Assembly (NCBI GenBank): GCA_048213135.1
Contig: PS015309.1
Location: 42,434-106,433 of the forward strand
Source: Reclinomonas americana ATCC 50394
Taxonomy: Eukaryota
Length of the DNA stretch: 64,000 nucleotides
Direction: 5' to 3'
Under the pieces are notes generated by a model that had not been told where the DNA came from, made no database searches, and saw only the letters and a program-made list of their open reading frames with translations. The translations under genes and the position numbers were made by a program. Shown here piece by piece: positions 32,601-45,163 of the stretch. Numbering within the stretch: the stretch's first letter is position 1; every line of letters starts with the position of its first letter.

Positions 32601-34669
32601 CGTGGAATGTGGCGTTGCGTGTGCTTCTTGTGGTGATGGAAGTACTATGCATGCGAATCAGCGTCGCTGAAAATTGTTTCTCCCTTCTCAGCTCGCTGGA
32701 GGAGCTCGAATCGCAAGTGGCGGCAGCGGAGGCAGCTGCGGATCTGGCCGGTACTCCGCCACAAGGCGTAGTGGTTATCATGTCGTACGATCGCGCCTCG
32801 CGTGATGTGGATACACTACTCGGCTTCCTTGGTGCACGCTCGCTCGAGTACTGCGTGCTCGACGAGGCACACATTGTGCGCAATCCCGACTCCAAGACCT
32901 CGCTGGCAGTCAAACGACTGCCGTCGTCACACCGCATTCTTCTCACCGGCACACCGATTCAGAACAGTGTGCTGGAGTTGTGGTGCGTTGTGTGGCAACG
33001 GGAGCGCGAAAAGAATGCTGAAGCGGCCGCTCACTCATGCACGCTGTACGTACACAGGTCCCTGTTTGACTTCCTCATGCCATCGTATCTGGGCTCGCGT
33101 CAAGTGTTTCGCAACATGTACGCGAATCCGATTCGGAAAATGGTGCGCGCCGCTCCACACGCCAGTCTGGAGCCGGAAAGCGATTTTGATATGCTGCACC
33201 AAAGCGGCAGCGGTGATGGTGCTGCTGCAGCAGGAGCAGGGGGCAACATGTCGTACCACGTCGACAGCTCGAAGGCCAACCAGGCCGTCACACTGGTGTT
33301 GCACCAAGGTTATTTCTTTTACTGGCCTGTGTGTCACCTGCTCTCCTGCTGTCTGACTAACTCCATCGTCACTCAACAGGACAAGCGGCATTGCGCCGCT
33401 TGCATCAGCAGTGCTTGCCGTTCATTCTGCGGCGCAAGAAGGAGGAGGTGCTGTCGGAGTTGCCGGCCAAGACCATTCAGGATCTGTACTGCGAGTTGAC
33501 GCCGTTGCAAGCGGCACTGTATCGGGTGGCCAGCTCACTGGTGCCCTCCAATGTGGCCGCTGCGGCTTCGGCTCCTCCCAGTGCAACGGAAGCATCGTCA
33601 TCGTCGTCTGCAGCTGGACCGTCAGCACCCGTTGTCCCGCCAGTCAGCATGGAGGGAATGGAGGCTCTGCAGGAGATGCGGACCCTGCGCCGCCTCTGCT
33701 CTCACCCGGCGCTCCTCGTGCGACACGCCTCCGACTCACCGGGTGCCGTGGAGAACCGCCTGCTCGAGATGTGTCGAGCGGAGAAGCAGCTGAACACTGT
33801 GCAGCACTCGGCGAAGCTGCTGGCGCTGCGGTACGTTGCCGCGATTGCGTGTGCGTGTCGGTGACTTATCCTGCTCACACACACACACAGTGACCTGTTT
33901 GTGTCGCTGGGCATGAGTCGAAGTGAGCGGGGAAGTGGTGGTGGTGGTGCTGCTGCTGCCGGCACGTCATCGGCCTCGGCATCGGACGCCAACGACGAAG
34001 ACTTGCAAGGCGAGACGCGAGTCGACCACAAGATGCTGATATTCGCCCAGGGCAAAACCAGTCTCGATATCATCGAGCAGCAACTGCTGCGCGGCGATAT
34101 GTCGCATCTGACCTTCCGGCGCATCGATGGTGCGTGTGCCGCTCTTGTGCTGTCGCTCCTTGTCTTTCCTCACACGATCCACCGTTCTGCACAGGCGATG
34201 TGCCGCCGGCCATGCGCGTGAGCGTGGCCAACGAGTTCAACTCGGAGCTGTCGCGTGTCGACGTGCTGCTGCTCACCACCGCAGTCGGCGGCGTCGGTCT
34301 CAACCTCACCGGAGCCGATATCGTCGTGTTTTTCGAGCACGACTGGAATCCCGCTGCCGACATGCAAGCCATGGATCGCGCTCACCGTATCGGCCGTTTC
34401 GTCGTCTCCTCCTTCCCTGCTGCTGCTGCCGCTGCGTGTTGTGCGTTGTGCTGATACATCTGGTCGTGCACACAGAAAAGCGACACGTCCACGTGTACCG
34501 CCTGTTGTGCGCTGGCACGATTGAGCAGGACATGTTGAACATGCAACGCATGAAGCTGCACCTGGCCAACACAGTGGTCGGCGCCGACAACGCCTCGATG
34601 CGTACGATGGAGACCGATGCGCTGTTGGAGAACCTCGAGATGGCCCATGCATCAGCTGCCGCAAAGTGA
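26688..34669 (+). CDS. BTAF1: TBP-associated SNF2-family ATPase Mot1/BTAF1
   Basis: HEAT-like N-terminus ([41 protein letters not shown]), [109 protein letters not shown]. Confidence 0.93.
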
Positions 34670-34796
34670 AGCAGTGAAGCACAACGATGATTTCAAGTTG
34701 AAGGGGAGAAACCAAATTTAGCCGCGGCAGAGAAGACGTCCTGTGTCCGTATGCGAAGCTCACACACACATCGCGTTCAGTGAACCTCTGAGAGCA

Positions 34797-35963
34797 ATGG
34801 CATCATACAAGGACCGACACACGTTCGGTGAGTGGCGCGAGTGTGTCATCTTTGTGTGTGTGCGTGTGTGCGCGTGTGTGTGCGCACGTGGCAGCGGTTT
34901 GTGCGACGATTGCCATCTTCCCCCTGTCACTCACACACGCACACCTCTTCCCTCCCCCGCATCTCTTCTCTTCCACAGAGGAACGATCAAAGGAGGCGGC
35001 GGACATTCGCTCGGTGAGTCTCACTTACAACAGACAGTGTCGATCTGACACTTTTGTGGTCCACTCACTCACTCGTGTGTGTGTGTGAGCGCAGAAGTTC
35101 CGCGAGCGAGTACCTGTGATTGTGGAGAAGCACCCGCGCAGCGATATCCCCGCCATTGACAAGTCCAAGTTTCGTGTGTGTGTGTGAGAGAGAGACCAGT
35201 TTGGGCGGATGAATCGTAACTCACACGCTCTNNNNNNNNNNNNNNNNNNNNNNNNNNNNNNNNNNNNNNNNNNNNNNNNNNNNNNNNNNNNNNNNNNNNN
35301 NNNNNNNNNNNNNNNNNNNNNNNNNNNNNNNNNNNNNNNNNNNNNNNNNNNNNNNNNNNNNNNNNNNNNNNNNNNNNNNNNNNNNNNNNNNNNNNNNNNN
35401 NNNNNNNNNNNNNNNNNNNNNNNNNNNNNNNNNNNNNNNNNNNNNNNNNNNNNNNNNNNNNNNNNNNNNNNNNNNNNNNNNNNNNNNNNNNNNNNNNNNN
35501 NNNNNNNNNNNNNNNNNNNNNNNNNNNNNNNNNNNNNNNNNNNNNNNNNNNNNNNNNNNNNNNNNNNNNNNNNNNNCTCACACGCACATAGGTTCCTGTT
35601 GCCAAGTGAGCTGCTTGTGAGCCAATTCGTGCACGTTGTGCGCAAGCGGTGAGTGCGACTCGATCAAGTCTCTTAGTGTCTGTTTGGCTCATATGTGTTG
35701 TGTGTGTGTGTGTGATTAGACTGTCGTTGCCACCGGAGAGGGCACTCTTCCTGTTTGTGAAGAACGTGTTGCCGCCAACGGCAGCCGTGCTCGGCGCTGT
35801 GTACGAGGAACACAAGGGTGAGGAGCAGTCTGCCTCTTTGTGTGTCGCTCTTTGTGTCTCTCTCTGTGTCTCTGACAACGAGTGCAGATCCTGACGGCTT
35901 CCTGTACGTGACGTACTCTGGCGAGGACACATTCGGCGCAGCAGCAGAGGAGGAGGAGCAGTA
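34797..35963 (+). CDS. ATG8: Autophagy protein ATG8 (6 exons; gap inside intron 3)
   Basis: Spliced MASYKDRHTFEERSKEAADIRSKFRERVPVIVEKHPRSDIPAIDKSKFLLPSELLVSQFVHVVRKRLSLPPERALFLFVKNVLPPT...[22 protein letters not shown] followed by an AAAEEEEQ tail. Confidence 0.95.
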
Positions 35964-36236
35964 ATTGTGGCCTGTGTGTGGGGTTGTGTGTGTGTGTGTG
36001 TGTGGTATGCGCGTGTGTGTGTTAAAAGAAAGAGGAAGAGGATTCGGCACAACAAACCAAGACCTCCGCGAAGTGAGCGTCTCTCTGTGCTGTTGACTGG
36101 GCCTGCCTCTCTTCCCTCTCTACTCTTTGCACTGCGCGCTCTCTGCTTTTGTGTTGTATAAACGAAACAATCGTCTGATCGCCGTCGTCCCGCAAACAAC
36201 AAGTTTTTCTTGTGTGTCGGTGTTTGAAGAGAAGGA

Positions 36237-37781
36237 ATGGCCGTGTCGCCTGCGGACCTCGTCGATCTTGTCGGCTTTCTCCAGCGCAATCAGAAGCAGG
36301 AAGTGCGACGCGCAGCAGCCAAGGGTTCACACGTCATCCCACGCGCACAAGCATACACACTCTTCTCCATCTCACACACACACACACAGGCCTTGCGCAG
36401 TACTCTGGCACGCCCGATGGCGAGCAGGCGCTGCTCGAAGGCGGCGACTCTCTGATCGGCGCCCTCATCGAGGCACTGCGTGATGACGATCCAGTTGCGC
36501 AAATGCATGCATATGCACACATTTTCCGATCACTCTCATGGCGCTCCTCACACGAGCACACACACACACACACAGTATGTGTCAGTGTGCGCGGCGAATG
36601 CGCTGGTCAACCTGTGCAGTCATGCCGAGGTGGCCAACCGGCTCAGCTCCAGCATGGGCCGCCTGGTGCTGTCGATTACGAATTCCACCACCAACGAGGG
36701 CGTGCGCAGTGTGTACGGCCCGCTGCTCTCCAATGCCACCGCGGTGTCCGATGACTGCGCGCAGCAGGCGGCCTCGCATGCGCGTCGCTTGTGCATCTGT
36801 GCTTGCGCCGGTCTCGGGCAGGCCTCGCAGTGGGTCTGCTCCTTCTTCGATCGCAAGTCATTGCTGTCTACCTAATCATGAGCTCATCATTCATGTAGGC
36901 GTCGTCCACGCTGCACAACCTGTCGCGTCTGGCCAGCTTCCGAGCGCAGGTGGTGGAGCTGCGCTTGCTGGACGACATTCTCGAGTTCGCGGCGGCCACT
37001 GAGTCAGCCAGCAGCGGGAGCACGAGCACGACGACGACAACCACCACTGCTGCTGCTGCGTCGGCGGCCACGGCGGCGGCGGCCGTGGACCAAGCGCTGG
37101 CGGGCCTCGTCAGCAATGTGTTTGGCGACGCTGCGCTGCACGAGACCATTCCGGAGGCGTCGGTGCGTGCTGTTCCCGAGTGCGCACGGCAGGTGGCGGC
37201 ACGGTGGCGAGCCAAGTCTCGCAGCGACGATCGTGCCACCCAGACTCTTCTGGCCCGCGCTGCTCGGCTATGGGTGATTAGTTTGACGGCGCTGGCCGGT
37301 ACTGCACAGGGTCGGGAGCTGCTGCTGAGTTCGGGAGCGGTGCGTTGGGAGTTACCTCATTTCCTTTCGTTTCTCTGCCTCATCGACCTCACCACAGTTC
37401 ACGCTGCTGCATGACGAGGATCGCTCGTTGCCACTCGACAGCGACACGCAGGCGGCCGCCCGTGCGGCACTGGCTGCACTGAAGACGCACGAGGCTCGCA
37501 GCGGCGCTGTCCCGCAGTACGGCATGGAGGTGTCGGCCGACCAGTTGCGCGACGGCGGCATGGTGGTGCAAGACGAAGACGATTTTGAGGAGAGTGCTGG
37601 CGCCGGCGCCAGCGGCAGTGGAAGTGCAAGCATCGGCGAGGCCTCGGGCTCGGGCTCTGCATCAGGGTCAGCGCCAGTGTCAGCAGCAGTCTCTGAGTAT
37701 GACGAGGAGGCCGAGGCGGATGCCATGGCCGCACTCGCGGCGGCATCGGTGTGGGACGAAGGTGACCCGCCAGTCGACTAA
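36237..37781 (+). CDS. HGH1/FAM203-like ARM/HEAT protein (putative eEF2 chaperone)
   Basis: N-terminus LVDLVGFL...EVRRAAAKGLAQYS, ALVNL...LLSNAT, C-terminal LAGTAQGRELL and an acidic tail resemble HGH1. The sequence is divergent. Confidence 0.55.
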
Positions 37782-37878
37782 CCTTGGCGTATTAATGTCT
37801 ATCTGTTTATCCCTCTCTCTCTGTCATGCGAATACACGCCACTGCTAGGACACTTCATTTTCTGGCCGGTAGTTTCTT

Positions 37879-40800
37879 TCAGGGGATGATTTGGAGATCC
37901 CGCAGCAGCACGGCAGCCAGTTCGGCGCCTGTCGGTGGCTCGTCCGCGAGGGAGCTGAGGAAAGACTCGCGCTTCTGCTCCAGCAGCTCCAGCTCGCCCT
38001 CTGCGCTCGTTTTTTGTGTCCAGGTCAGCTCCAGTTGTTCCACTGCGAGAGGTGGGTGAGTGTGCGAAGGAGAAGGCTGGTGCGGTGTGATCAGACAGGG
38101 ATTCACCGTCGTTGTTGAACTTGTCGATGTCAAATGATGAACCGGAGCTCATCGCCTGCTGCACCTGCGTGATGAAGAGTTGCCTGCGACACGCATTAAG
38201 AACAAAAAACAGTCTCTCTCTCATCGTGCACCGAGAATACGCACCACCGCGCTCGGTAGAATTCCTACGGCAGCAAGTAAATGAGCGCATTGTTGTGACA
38301 GAAGAGAGACTGCGATGTATACGCACCGACACCATGCGGTCCCACAGTTTGTAGGCGTAGTCGTGCAGTGTAGAGTCCGCAGCACCCCACAGTGTCAGCT
38401 GCGTGCGCGCGTTCAGCTCGTACTGCTGCTGCTCGGCCGCGTTGGTGGCCCACGAGCGAGCGTTGGAGAGCCTTGCGTATGCAGAGTAAGGCCAGAGAGC
38501 GAGGGAGAGGCATAAGGTAATGGTAGATTTCGAGCGTACCACGTGTTGAGCGAGAAGAATGGATTGCCGGCAAACAACGCGGCCATGCTGTCCACAGTGG
38601 ACAGGAAGCTGCTGGCGGCCGTGTTGAAATCGCTGGCCGATGCCTTGAAGTATGCATTCATCATGTCGAGTTGCAGCTGCTGTGCTTTGTTGCTGCACAA
38701 GAAAGGAGTGTGTGTCAGCATGCAAATCCACATCCACACAAACATCGATGAAGCGACACGCACCTGAGCACTTGTGTCGCCACGGCAACCTGCAAGTGTG
38801 CGTGTCAGCTGCACAAGAGGAGAGAAGGGCACGCATAGCACGAAGGCAGTACTCAACCACGTCGTACTCGTACGTGGGCAAGCCGCCCAGCTTCTTGATA
38901 TTGTCGGGACTGAGCAGGAGGTTGATGGCCGCCACCACATCGGCGGGGTCGTAGTACAGATTGGTGTTGGGGTTCATCAGCAGATTCGGACGTGAGGCCA
39001 CTGCGTGTGTGTGCAAAGTGGGTGCGCGCACGACCCAGAAAACCTCATGCACGCGCACATGCATGCACGTACTCACCGACAGACCACGTGGTACCGTGCT
39101 GCTGCGTGCGACAGTTGTACACTGAGCGAGCCAGCAGTGCCCAGGCTTGCTGCAGCTGACTGTCGGCAACGCCGTAGCGGCGAAGCGGATAGGCTGCAAT
39201 CCAGGCATCCAGGTCGAATGCGGTGCGTCGCCACGTCATGTCGGTCAGAAGCGAGTAGACGATGGGGTTTGTATCAATTGCCTGCGCCACCACACTGCAA
39301 TGAGTACTCAAAAAACCGGTAGATGTTGCATGAGGTGGCGCCAACCTCCATGGTGATGCCGAGACCGGCCACACCCTGCGGAGCTGCCTTAAGTGCCGCC
39401 GGTGGACCCTCATTCACGCTGGACAGAAGACCATATAGGCCAGACCGACCGCCAAAGCTGCACGAGAAGGGAAGCATGAGGCGAGAAAGATAAAGAAGAG
39501 CAGATAAAGGGCCTGACAGTGTTCACGCAACTTGTGCAGCATGCACCAGATGAACGGCTTGCCGTAGAAGGCACTGGTGACATTGTAGACGGGGTGCAGC
39601 TCGGCAAACAGGTCCAGCATCAGCAACGAGTCGCCAGGCACGCTGGTCAGCAGCGCCTGCGTCTGCGCCGGCTGCCAGAATCCGCTGCTGTAGTACAGGA
39701 ACCAGCCCTGCATGACCCACACCGCCTGCGGATCCACGGCTGTCATGCTGCGGTAGATCTCTTGGCCCACGTTGCGCAAGTAGTCGGGTGCATTGCTTGA
39801 CGGCGTCTCCTCATTGAATGGGTCGGTGGAGTCTGCGAGGAGGACGTGCGAGCATGAGGCGCCTGGCATGTGAGCACTACGTGGCATGCATTCACGTCTC
39901 CGCAACAGTAGTGAGTGGTGCCATAGATCTCGGTCTGCTTCTGCAGGAACGCGCTGCCGATGGTGCGGAAGAGCGGATCGGTTGGATCCAAAAAGTACGT
40001 GCCGTCGAAGCCGTTCCACTTGTTGAGCTGCGTGATCATGGCCTTCGGGTACACCTTGGTGAGACTTGGCGGCACGTGGCCAGCAAAGGCACCGAGGATC
40101 GGTGTCATGCCGAACGACTGCATGCGCTTGATGATGGTGAGCTGGAGATCGCGCCGAGCGGTCAGCCAGTTCGACGTGAGCGGAGACATCCATGCGTTGA
40201 CGTTGCCCATGCGGTGCCACGGGAGGAAGGCCGGCCCGGTGTAAAAGTCGTTGACAATGTCGGTCTCGTTCAGCCCCAGTGATTTCCAAACCTGTTGTCG
40301 ACATGCACGGTGCGTTAGCTCCACTGCCACCTACCACGCAGCCGGTGCGCACGACACCAACCTCCAGCCACACATACTCCTGGCCGACGAGCGCGAGCGG
40401 GAAGTTGAATCCATGCAGCGCCATCCAGTCAATCTCCCGCTCCCAGCGCGACCACGGCCAGAACACCGACGAGTAGCCAAACGTGCACGTGTTCCACGCA
40501 TACCGCCACTGTGTCGCACGAAGTGTCGGAACGTGAGGCACGCGCGCGCGCGCGAGAACATCTCCACGATCATGAGTACCTTGTACGGCGTCGACACCTC
40601 GATCATCGGCTGCACCGTCGGCAGCGTGCTCGGCAGTCGCAAGTTGTCACCACCCCATGCCACTGACACACAATGAGCGACGGGAAAAAGAGAGACGAGT
40701 GAGGGACGAGCGCGCGGAAGTGGCAAACCATCGCAATTGCCTGCTCACAGAGCTAATGAGCCACACAACATCATGACAATGCACCATTGATGACCAGACG

Positions 40801-41167
40801 CAACAGTAGTGATTCAAGTAGTAGTTGAGCGCCGAGGCCAGCGCCACACCCGATGTTCCACTGCCACCACACATGAGCAAATCACTCAATCACGTTCTCA
40901 CAGCACACATGACACTCACCGCAGCATGACTTGCACACTCTGACCGGCACCACTCGTCTCCACCTGGAACCGATCATACGAGCCGGCCTCCAGCGTCGAC
41001 GATGGCAACAGCGACAGTGAGAAGTGTGACTGCACAGCAGCAGGCAAGAGGCGCGACAAGAGGCCCTGCACAGCCACCACTTGCGGGTCCACAGACACCT
41101 CCGCACTGGTGGCCGTGACTGCAACGACCATAAGGAGGAGCAGAGCAGCGAGGAGTGCTCTCGTCAT
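37879..41167 (-). CDS. NAGLU: Alpha-N-acetylglucosaminidase (GH89) with signal peptide
   Basis: RGTSGVALASALNYYL, NTCTFGYS, WEREIDWMALHG, GPAFLPWHRMGN, FAGHVP, DPFNE, WVMQGW, WCMLHNFGG, GITMEAID, YELNARTQLTLWG, DYAYKLW; ~14 introns. Confidence 0.95.
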
Positions 41168-41248
41168 TGTTATGTCGGAAAATTGTGTTTCTGTTGACTG
41201 GTCTGTGTTGTGCTTTCGCGCGCGTGTGTGTGTGTGTGAGAAGAGAGC

Positions 41249-42399
41249 ATGCGGCACTCGTTGCTCCGTGAGGGCGACAGTGCAGCAGCACAGTCACCGT
41301 ATGCCTACGCCGCAACTCCGTCCATGGCACCGACTCCTGTTCGCGATCCTCCTCCTCCTCCGCCTGCGAACAGCAACATGTTTGACAGCAGTGGAGTCAG
41401 TCTGGATCGCATGACTGGTACAGTGGGCTCGGTCGCCACGGCCTTGCCACGCGGCAAGTCACCAGTCAAGTTACGCACACACACGCGCGCACGTGCGCGA
41501 ACATGATGTGATGATGCATCTTCTCGCATCACTCATTCATTCATTCATCAANNNNNNNNNNNNNNNNNNNNNNNNNNNNNNNNNNNNNNNNNNNNNNNNN
41601 NNNNNNNNNNNNNNNNNNNNNNNNNNNNNNNNNNNNNNNNNNNNNNNNNNNNNNNNNNNNNNNNNNNNNNNNNNNNNNNNNNNNNNNNNNNNNNNNNNNC
41701 ACATCAACGGCCGGTGGCTATTCGTTTGTGACGCTGGATGCCAAGAAGCGCGATCTGCACGTGAGAACGTTGCGCAGCAGGAACTCGCAGCGTGTGCGCT
41801 CTCTCTCTCGTCCCTCTGACGCTCCGCCCAAACTGCAGGTACCCGTGTGCATATGGCTGTTGCGGCTGCTGCTCGTGCTCCCAGTTGCACACTGTGGAGG
41901 GTGCGGCGGTGTTTTTCGTGGAGGGTGTTGGCGATGAAGCAGGTGCGCACGACAACTGCTCTCGCTCGCTGCCGGTGGTGGTGGTGGTCCCACATGACCC
42001 TCTGTTTTGCAGCGCTGTTCGGCCCCGACTCGGATGAGAGCATCTCGGGTGGCACTCGATATCGGCTGGTGGTGCGCAATCGGCAGAACCGACTCTTTGC
42101 GCTGACCAAGCTGGTCTGTCCCCACGACTTCTCACCACCCATTCCCCCACTCTTCGCCCCACTGACATGGTCGTATTGCACAGTTCGCCTCCCGCACCGA
42201 AGTGCTGCGCCTGCGCAACGTGTTTCGCACTGTGCTGCAGGGCGCGTCGTACACGCCGGGTGGTCCCGACGAACCGGGTGCAGTCGACACCGAAGCCATC
42301 ATGCGTGCCGATGCACATCCTCCACAACCGCCAGCACGGCGACACTCTGAGAAGCTGCTCGGCTCGCCCGGCGTGCAGCAGCAGCCCATGCGGTGGTGA
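41249..42399 (+). CDS. Hypothetical protein (gap at 41552-41699 inside)
   Basis: Pro-rich first exon from ATG 41249; later exons give YPCAYGCCGCCSCSQ... and FASRTEVLRLRNVFRTVLQG...QPMRW*. Confidence 0.45.
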
Positions 42400-42485
42400 C
42401 TTCTGTAATGAAAAAACAATGCATGTTATGAACCAAAGTGTCCCACGACGACGAGCCTCGGATCACGACGAGAGAAGGACAGAGC

Positions 42486-42522
42486 ATGTCGAGATCAGGG
42501 CCACGCTCGGTGTACAGTTGCG

Positions 42523-42565
<43 letters not shown>

Positions 42566-44355
42566 GTCGTCGTCGTCGTCGTCNNNNNNNNNNNNNNNNN
42601 NNNNNNNNNNNNNNNNNNNNNNNNNNNNNNNNNNNNNNNNNNNNNNNNNNNNNNNNNNNNNNNNNNNNNNNNNNNNNNNNNNNNNNNTGACATGCATGCA
42701 TGCATTCTCACTCACATGCATTCGATGTGAGCAGACCGGTGTTGGATCAGCAGACGGGCAAGCCACGTGGCTTTGCGTTTTGCGAGTTTGCCGACGCGGA
42801 GAGCGCGGCCATGGCTGTGCGAGAGCTGAATGGAGTCGAAGTGTATCGGCGTCGTCTGACGGTCGATTTCCCACAAAACGATCGCAGTCGAGGGAGTGGC
42901 GGAGGAGGTAATGTCGTGCGTTTCGTGCGTGTGAGAGGGAGAGACGCAAGTGAGTGGCTCACTGCAGCTGCATCTTGACAGACATGCCGTATGGTGGCGA
43001 CTATGGTGGTTCTGCAGCGGCACCACCACCACCACCGCCCCCGCCGGCCGCCGCACCGCACATGCCACCGCAGGCGCCGCCACCACCGCCGGGAGGGCAG
43101 GTGGCCACTCTCGACAGCATCACCGCCGTGCTGCGGTCAGTGCCGCAGGGCGAGTTTGGCCTCATTCTGGGCCAGATGAAGGTTTTTTTTCTGAAACACC
43201 ACAGGCGACTGCTTGTTTTTCAACGATGGCTCACCAGTCGTGGCGATTGCAGGGCATGGCTCTCGATCACCCAGAAGAGACGGAGCGTCTGTTGATAGAG
43301 AATCCACAGCTGTCGATCGCACTTGTGCAGATTCTGGTGATGATGAACATGGTCAGCCCGGACCAGCTCGGCGCGCTGACCTCGGGACCCGTGGCGAAGC
43401 CGCTGGCCGGTGTCGGGCCACCACCCATGAATTCGGGCGCTGCTGCTGCTGCTGCTGCCGCCGCCGCCGCCGCTGCAGCGCAGCCACCGGTGCATCGTCT
43501 TGGTGCACCGCCACACATGGGCCCTGTTGGTGAGTGTGCATGGCAGGGTGAAGGGTAATAATCTCTCGTCGTCACTCACTTCACTTGCACATGCACAGGT
43601 GTCATGCCGCCAGCGCCGCCAGTCGGCTACAATCCCGCACATGGTATCGTTGGTGCATGCTCCATGTTGAATGAAGCATGTGGCTCACTCTTTTGTGATG
43701 TGCGCAGGGGCGCCACCGCCACAGGCCGTTCCACCACCACCGCCAGTGGCGGCACCATTACCACCCCACATGCATGTGCGTCGCTATCGTCTTATTTAGT
43801 GTGCAGCCCTTCTCCCATTAACGCCAGTATATTGATGCAGCAGGCGGCCGCCTATGCTCCTCCACCTCCACCTCCACCGGCGTATGGTGGTGCAGTTCCG
43901 ATGCATGCGGTGCGTCGCCCTTGTCGAGCCAGCGATCTCGCTGCTCCTCACACTCGTGTCCCCAACAGATGCCGCCGCACGGTCCGCCAGCTGCCGCCGC
44001 GATGGCGCCGGCACCAGTGGCCACCCAGGACTCGACAGAGTTGTTGGCACAGGTACAGCTGCCGGTGGTGCGCCATTCCTGCCTTTTCCAGACTGACGAC
44101 GTCTCCTTCTGCACAGCTGTTGAGCCACGGACTGACGGTGGAGCAGCTGCAGAACCTATTCCAGCTGAGCAGCGAGCAACTGGCGCTGGTACCAGAGCCG
44201 ATGCGCTCACAAGTCCTCCAGCTTCAAGCGCAGGCGGTGAGTTTCATGCCACAAAATTCAACTTCACAAGCTCTCATTTTTCTCGCTTTCCCCTCCTGCT
44301 GCAGCCGCTCATCATTCAGTCACTAATGGCCGCCACCAAGCCGGGAGGCCTCTAA
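42486..44355 (+). CDS. CSTF2: Cleavage stimulation factor subunit 2 (CstF-64/Rna15)
   Basis: RRM (RSVY..., DQQTGKPRGFAFCEF), hinge (ILGQMK...LLIENPQLSIALVQ), Pro-rich linker and C-terminal LSSEQLALVPEPMRSQVLQL. Part of the RRM falls in the gap at 42584-42687. Confidence 0.9.
42526..42583. repeat. Compound microsatellite (TC)n(GTC)n abutting a gap
   Basis: Directly visible. Confidence 0.95.
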
Positions 44356-44477
44356 GTCGACAAATAAAAAACCAAGTCCTGTCAGCCGCGCGTTGCCGCC
44401 CAATTCACCGCAAACCCTTTCGTCACTCTCGAGACAACACTCTCTCTCAACTCAACTAACAAACAAACACCCCCCCA

Positions 44478-44752
44478 ATGCCGCCGAAGAAGGACACTGA
44501 CGCACCAATGGCCGACGCAGCTGCTGCTGACGCCGCCCCCGCTGCTGCTGCTGCCTCGCCCGCGCCCAAGAAGGCCAAGAAGGCCGCGGCGCCCAAGAAG
44601 GCCAAGAGCTCATCGGCCGCCTCCTCCGCCGACTCTCACCCCAAGTACGACATCATGATCAGCGCCGCCATTCGCGCCCTCAAGAGTCGCACGGGCTCCT
44701 CGCGACAGGCCATTGCCAAGTACATCGGCGAACACTACAAGCTCCCCGAAGG
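44478..44752 (+). CDS. Linker histone H1 with winged-helix globular domain (first exon; remainder lost in gap)
   Basis: [14 protein letters not shown] followed by [30 protein letters not shown], then donor gtgcgc. Confidence 0.9.
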
Positions 44753-45163
44753 GTGCGCCCCTCCCCTCCTCCTCTCTCTCTCTCACACACGCACACACAC
44801 GCATACAGACGCACCTCTCTCGCTTCTTCTCTCAAACACGCACACACACGCATGAGGAAGAGAAAATGATGTGTGTTACTCACACATTTANNNNNNNNNN
44901 NNNNNNNNNNNNNNNNNNNNNNNNNNNNNNNNNNNNNNNNNNNNNNNNNNNNNNNNNNNNNNNNNNNNNNNNNNNNNNNNNNNNNNNNNNNNNNNNNNNN
45001 NNNNNNNNNNNNNNNNNNNNNNNNNNNNNNNNNNNNNNNNNNNNNNNNNNNNNNNNNNNNNNNNNNNNNNNNNNNNNNNNNNNNNNNNNNNNNNNNNNNN
45101 NNNNNNNNNNNNNNNNNNNNNNNNNNNNNNNNNNNNNNNNNNNNNNNNNNNNNNNNNNNNNNN

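Noticed and set aside
34390-34480. Reading the shifted donors as non-canonical TT-start introns (exon ending in G, junction slid by one base)
   Set aside because: Sliding turns conserved residues into wrong ones (Mot1 HRIGQ to HRIGR, Amt SLTFG to SLTCG, NAGLU LHNFGG to LHKFGG). GT-AG boundaries fit.
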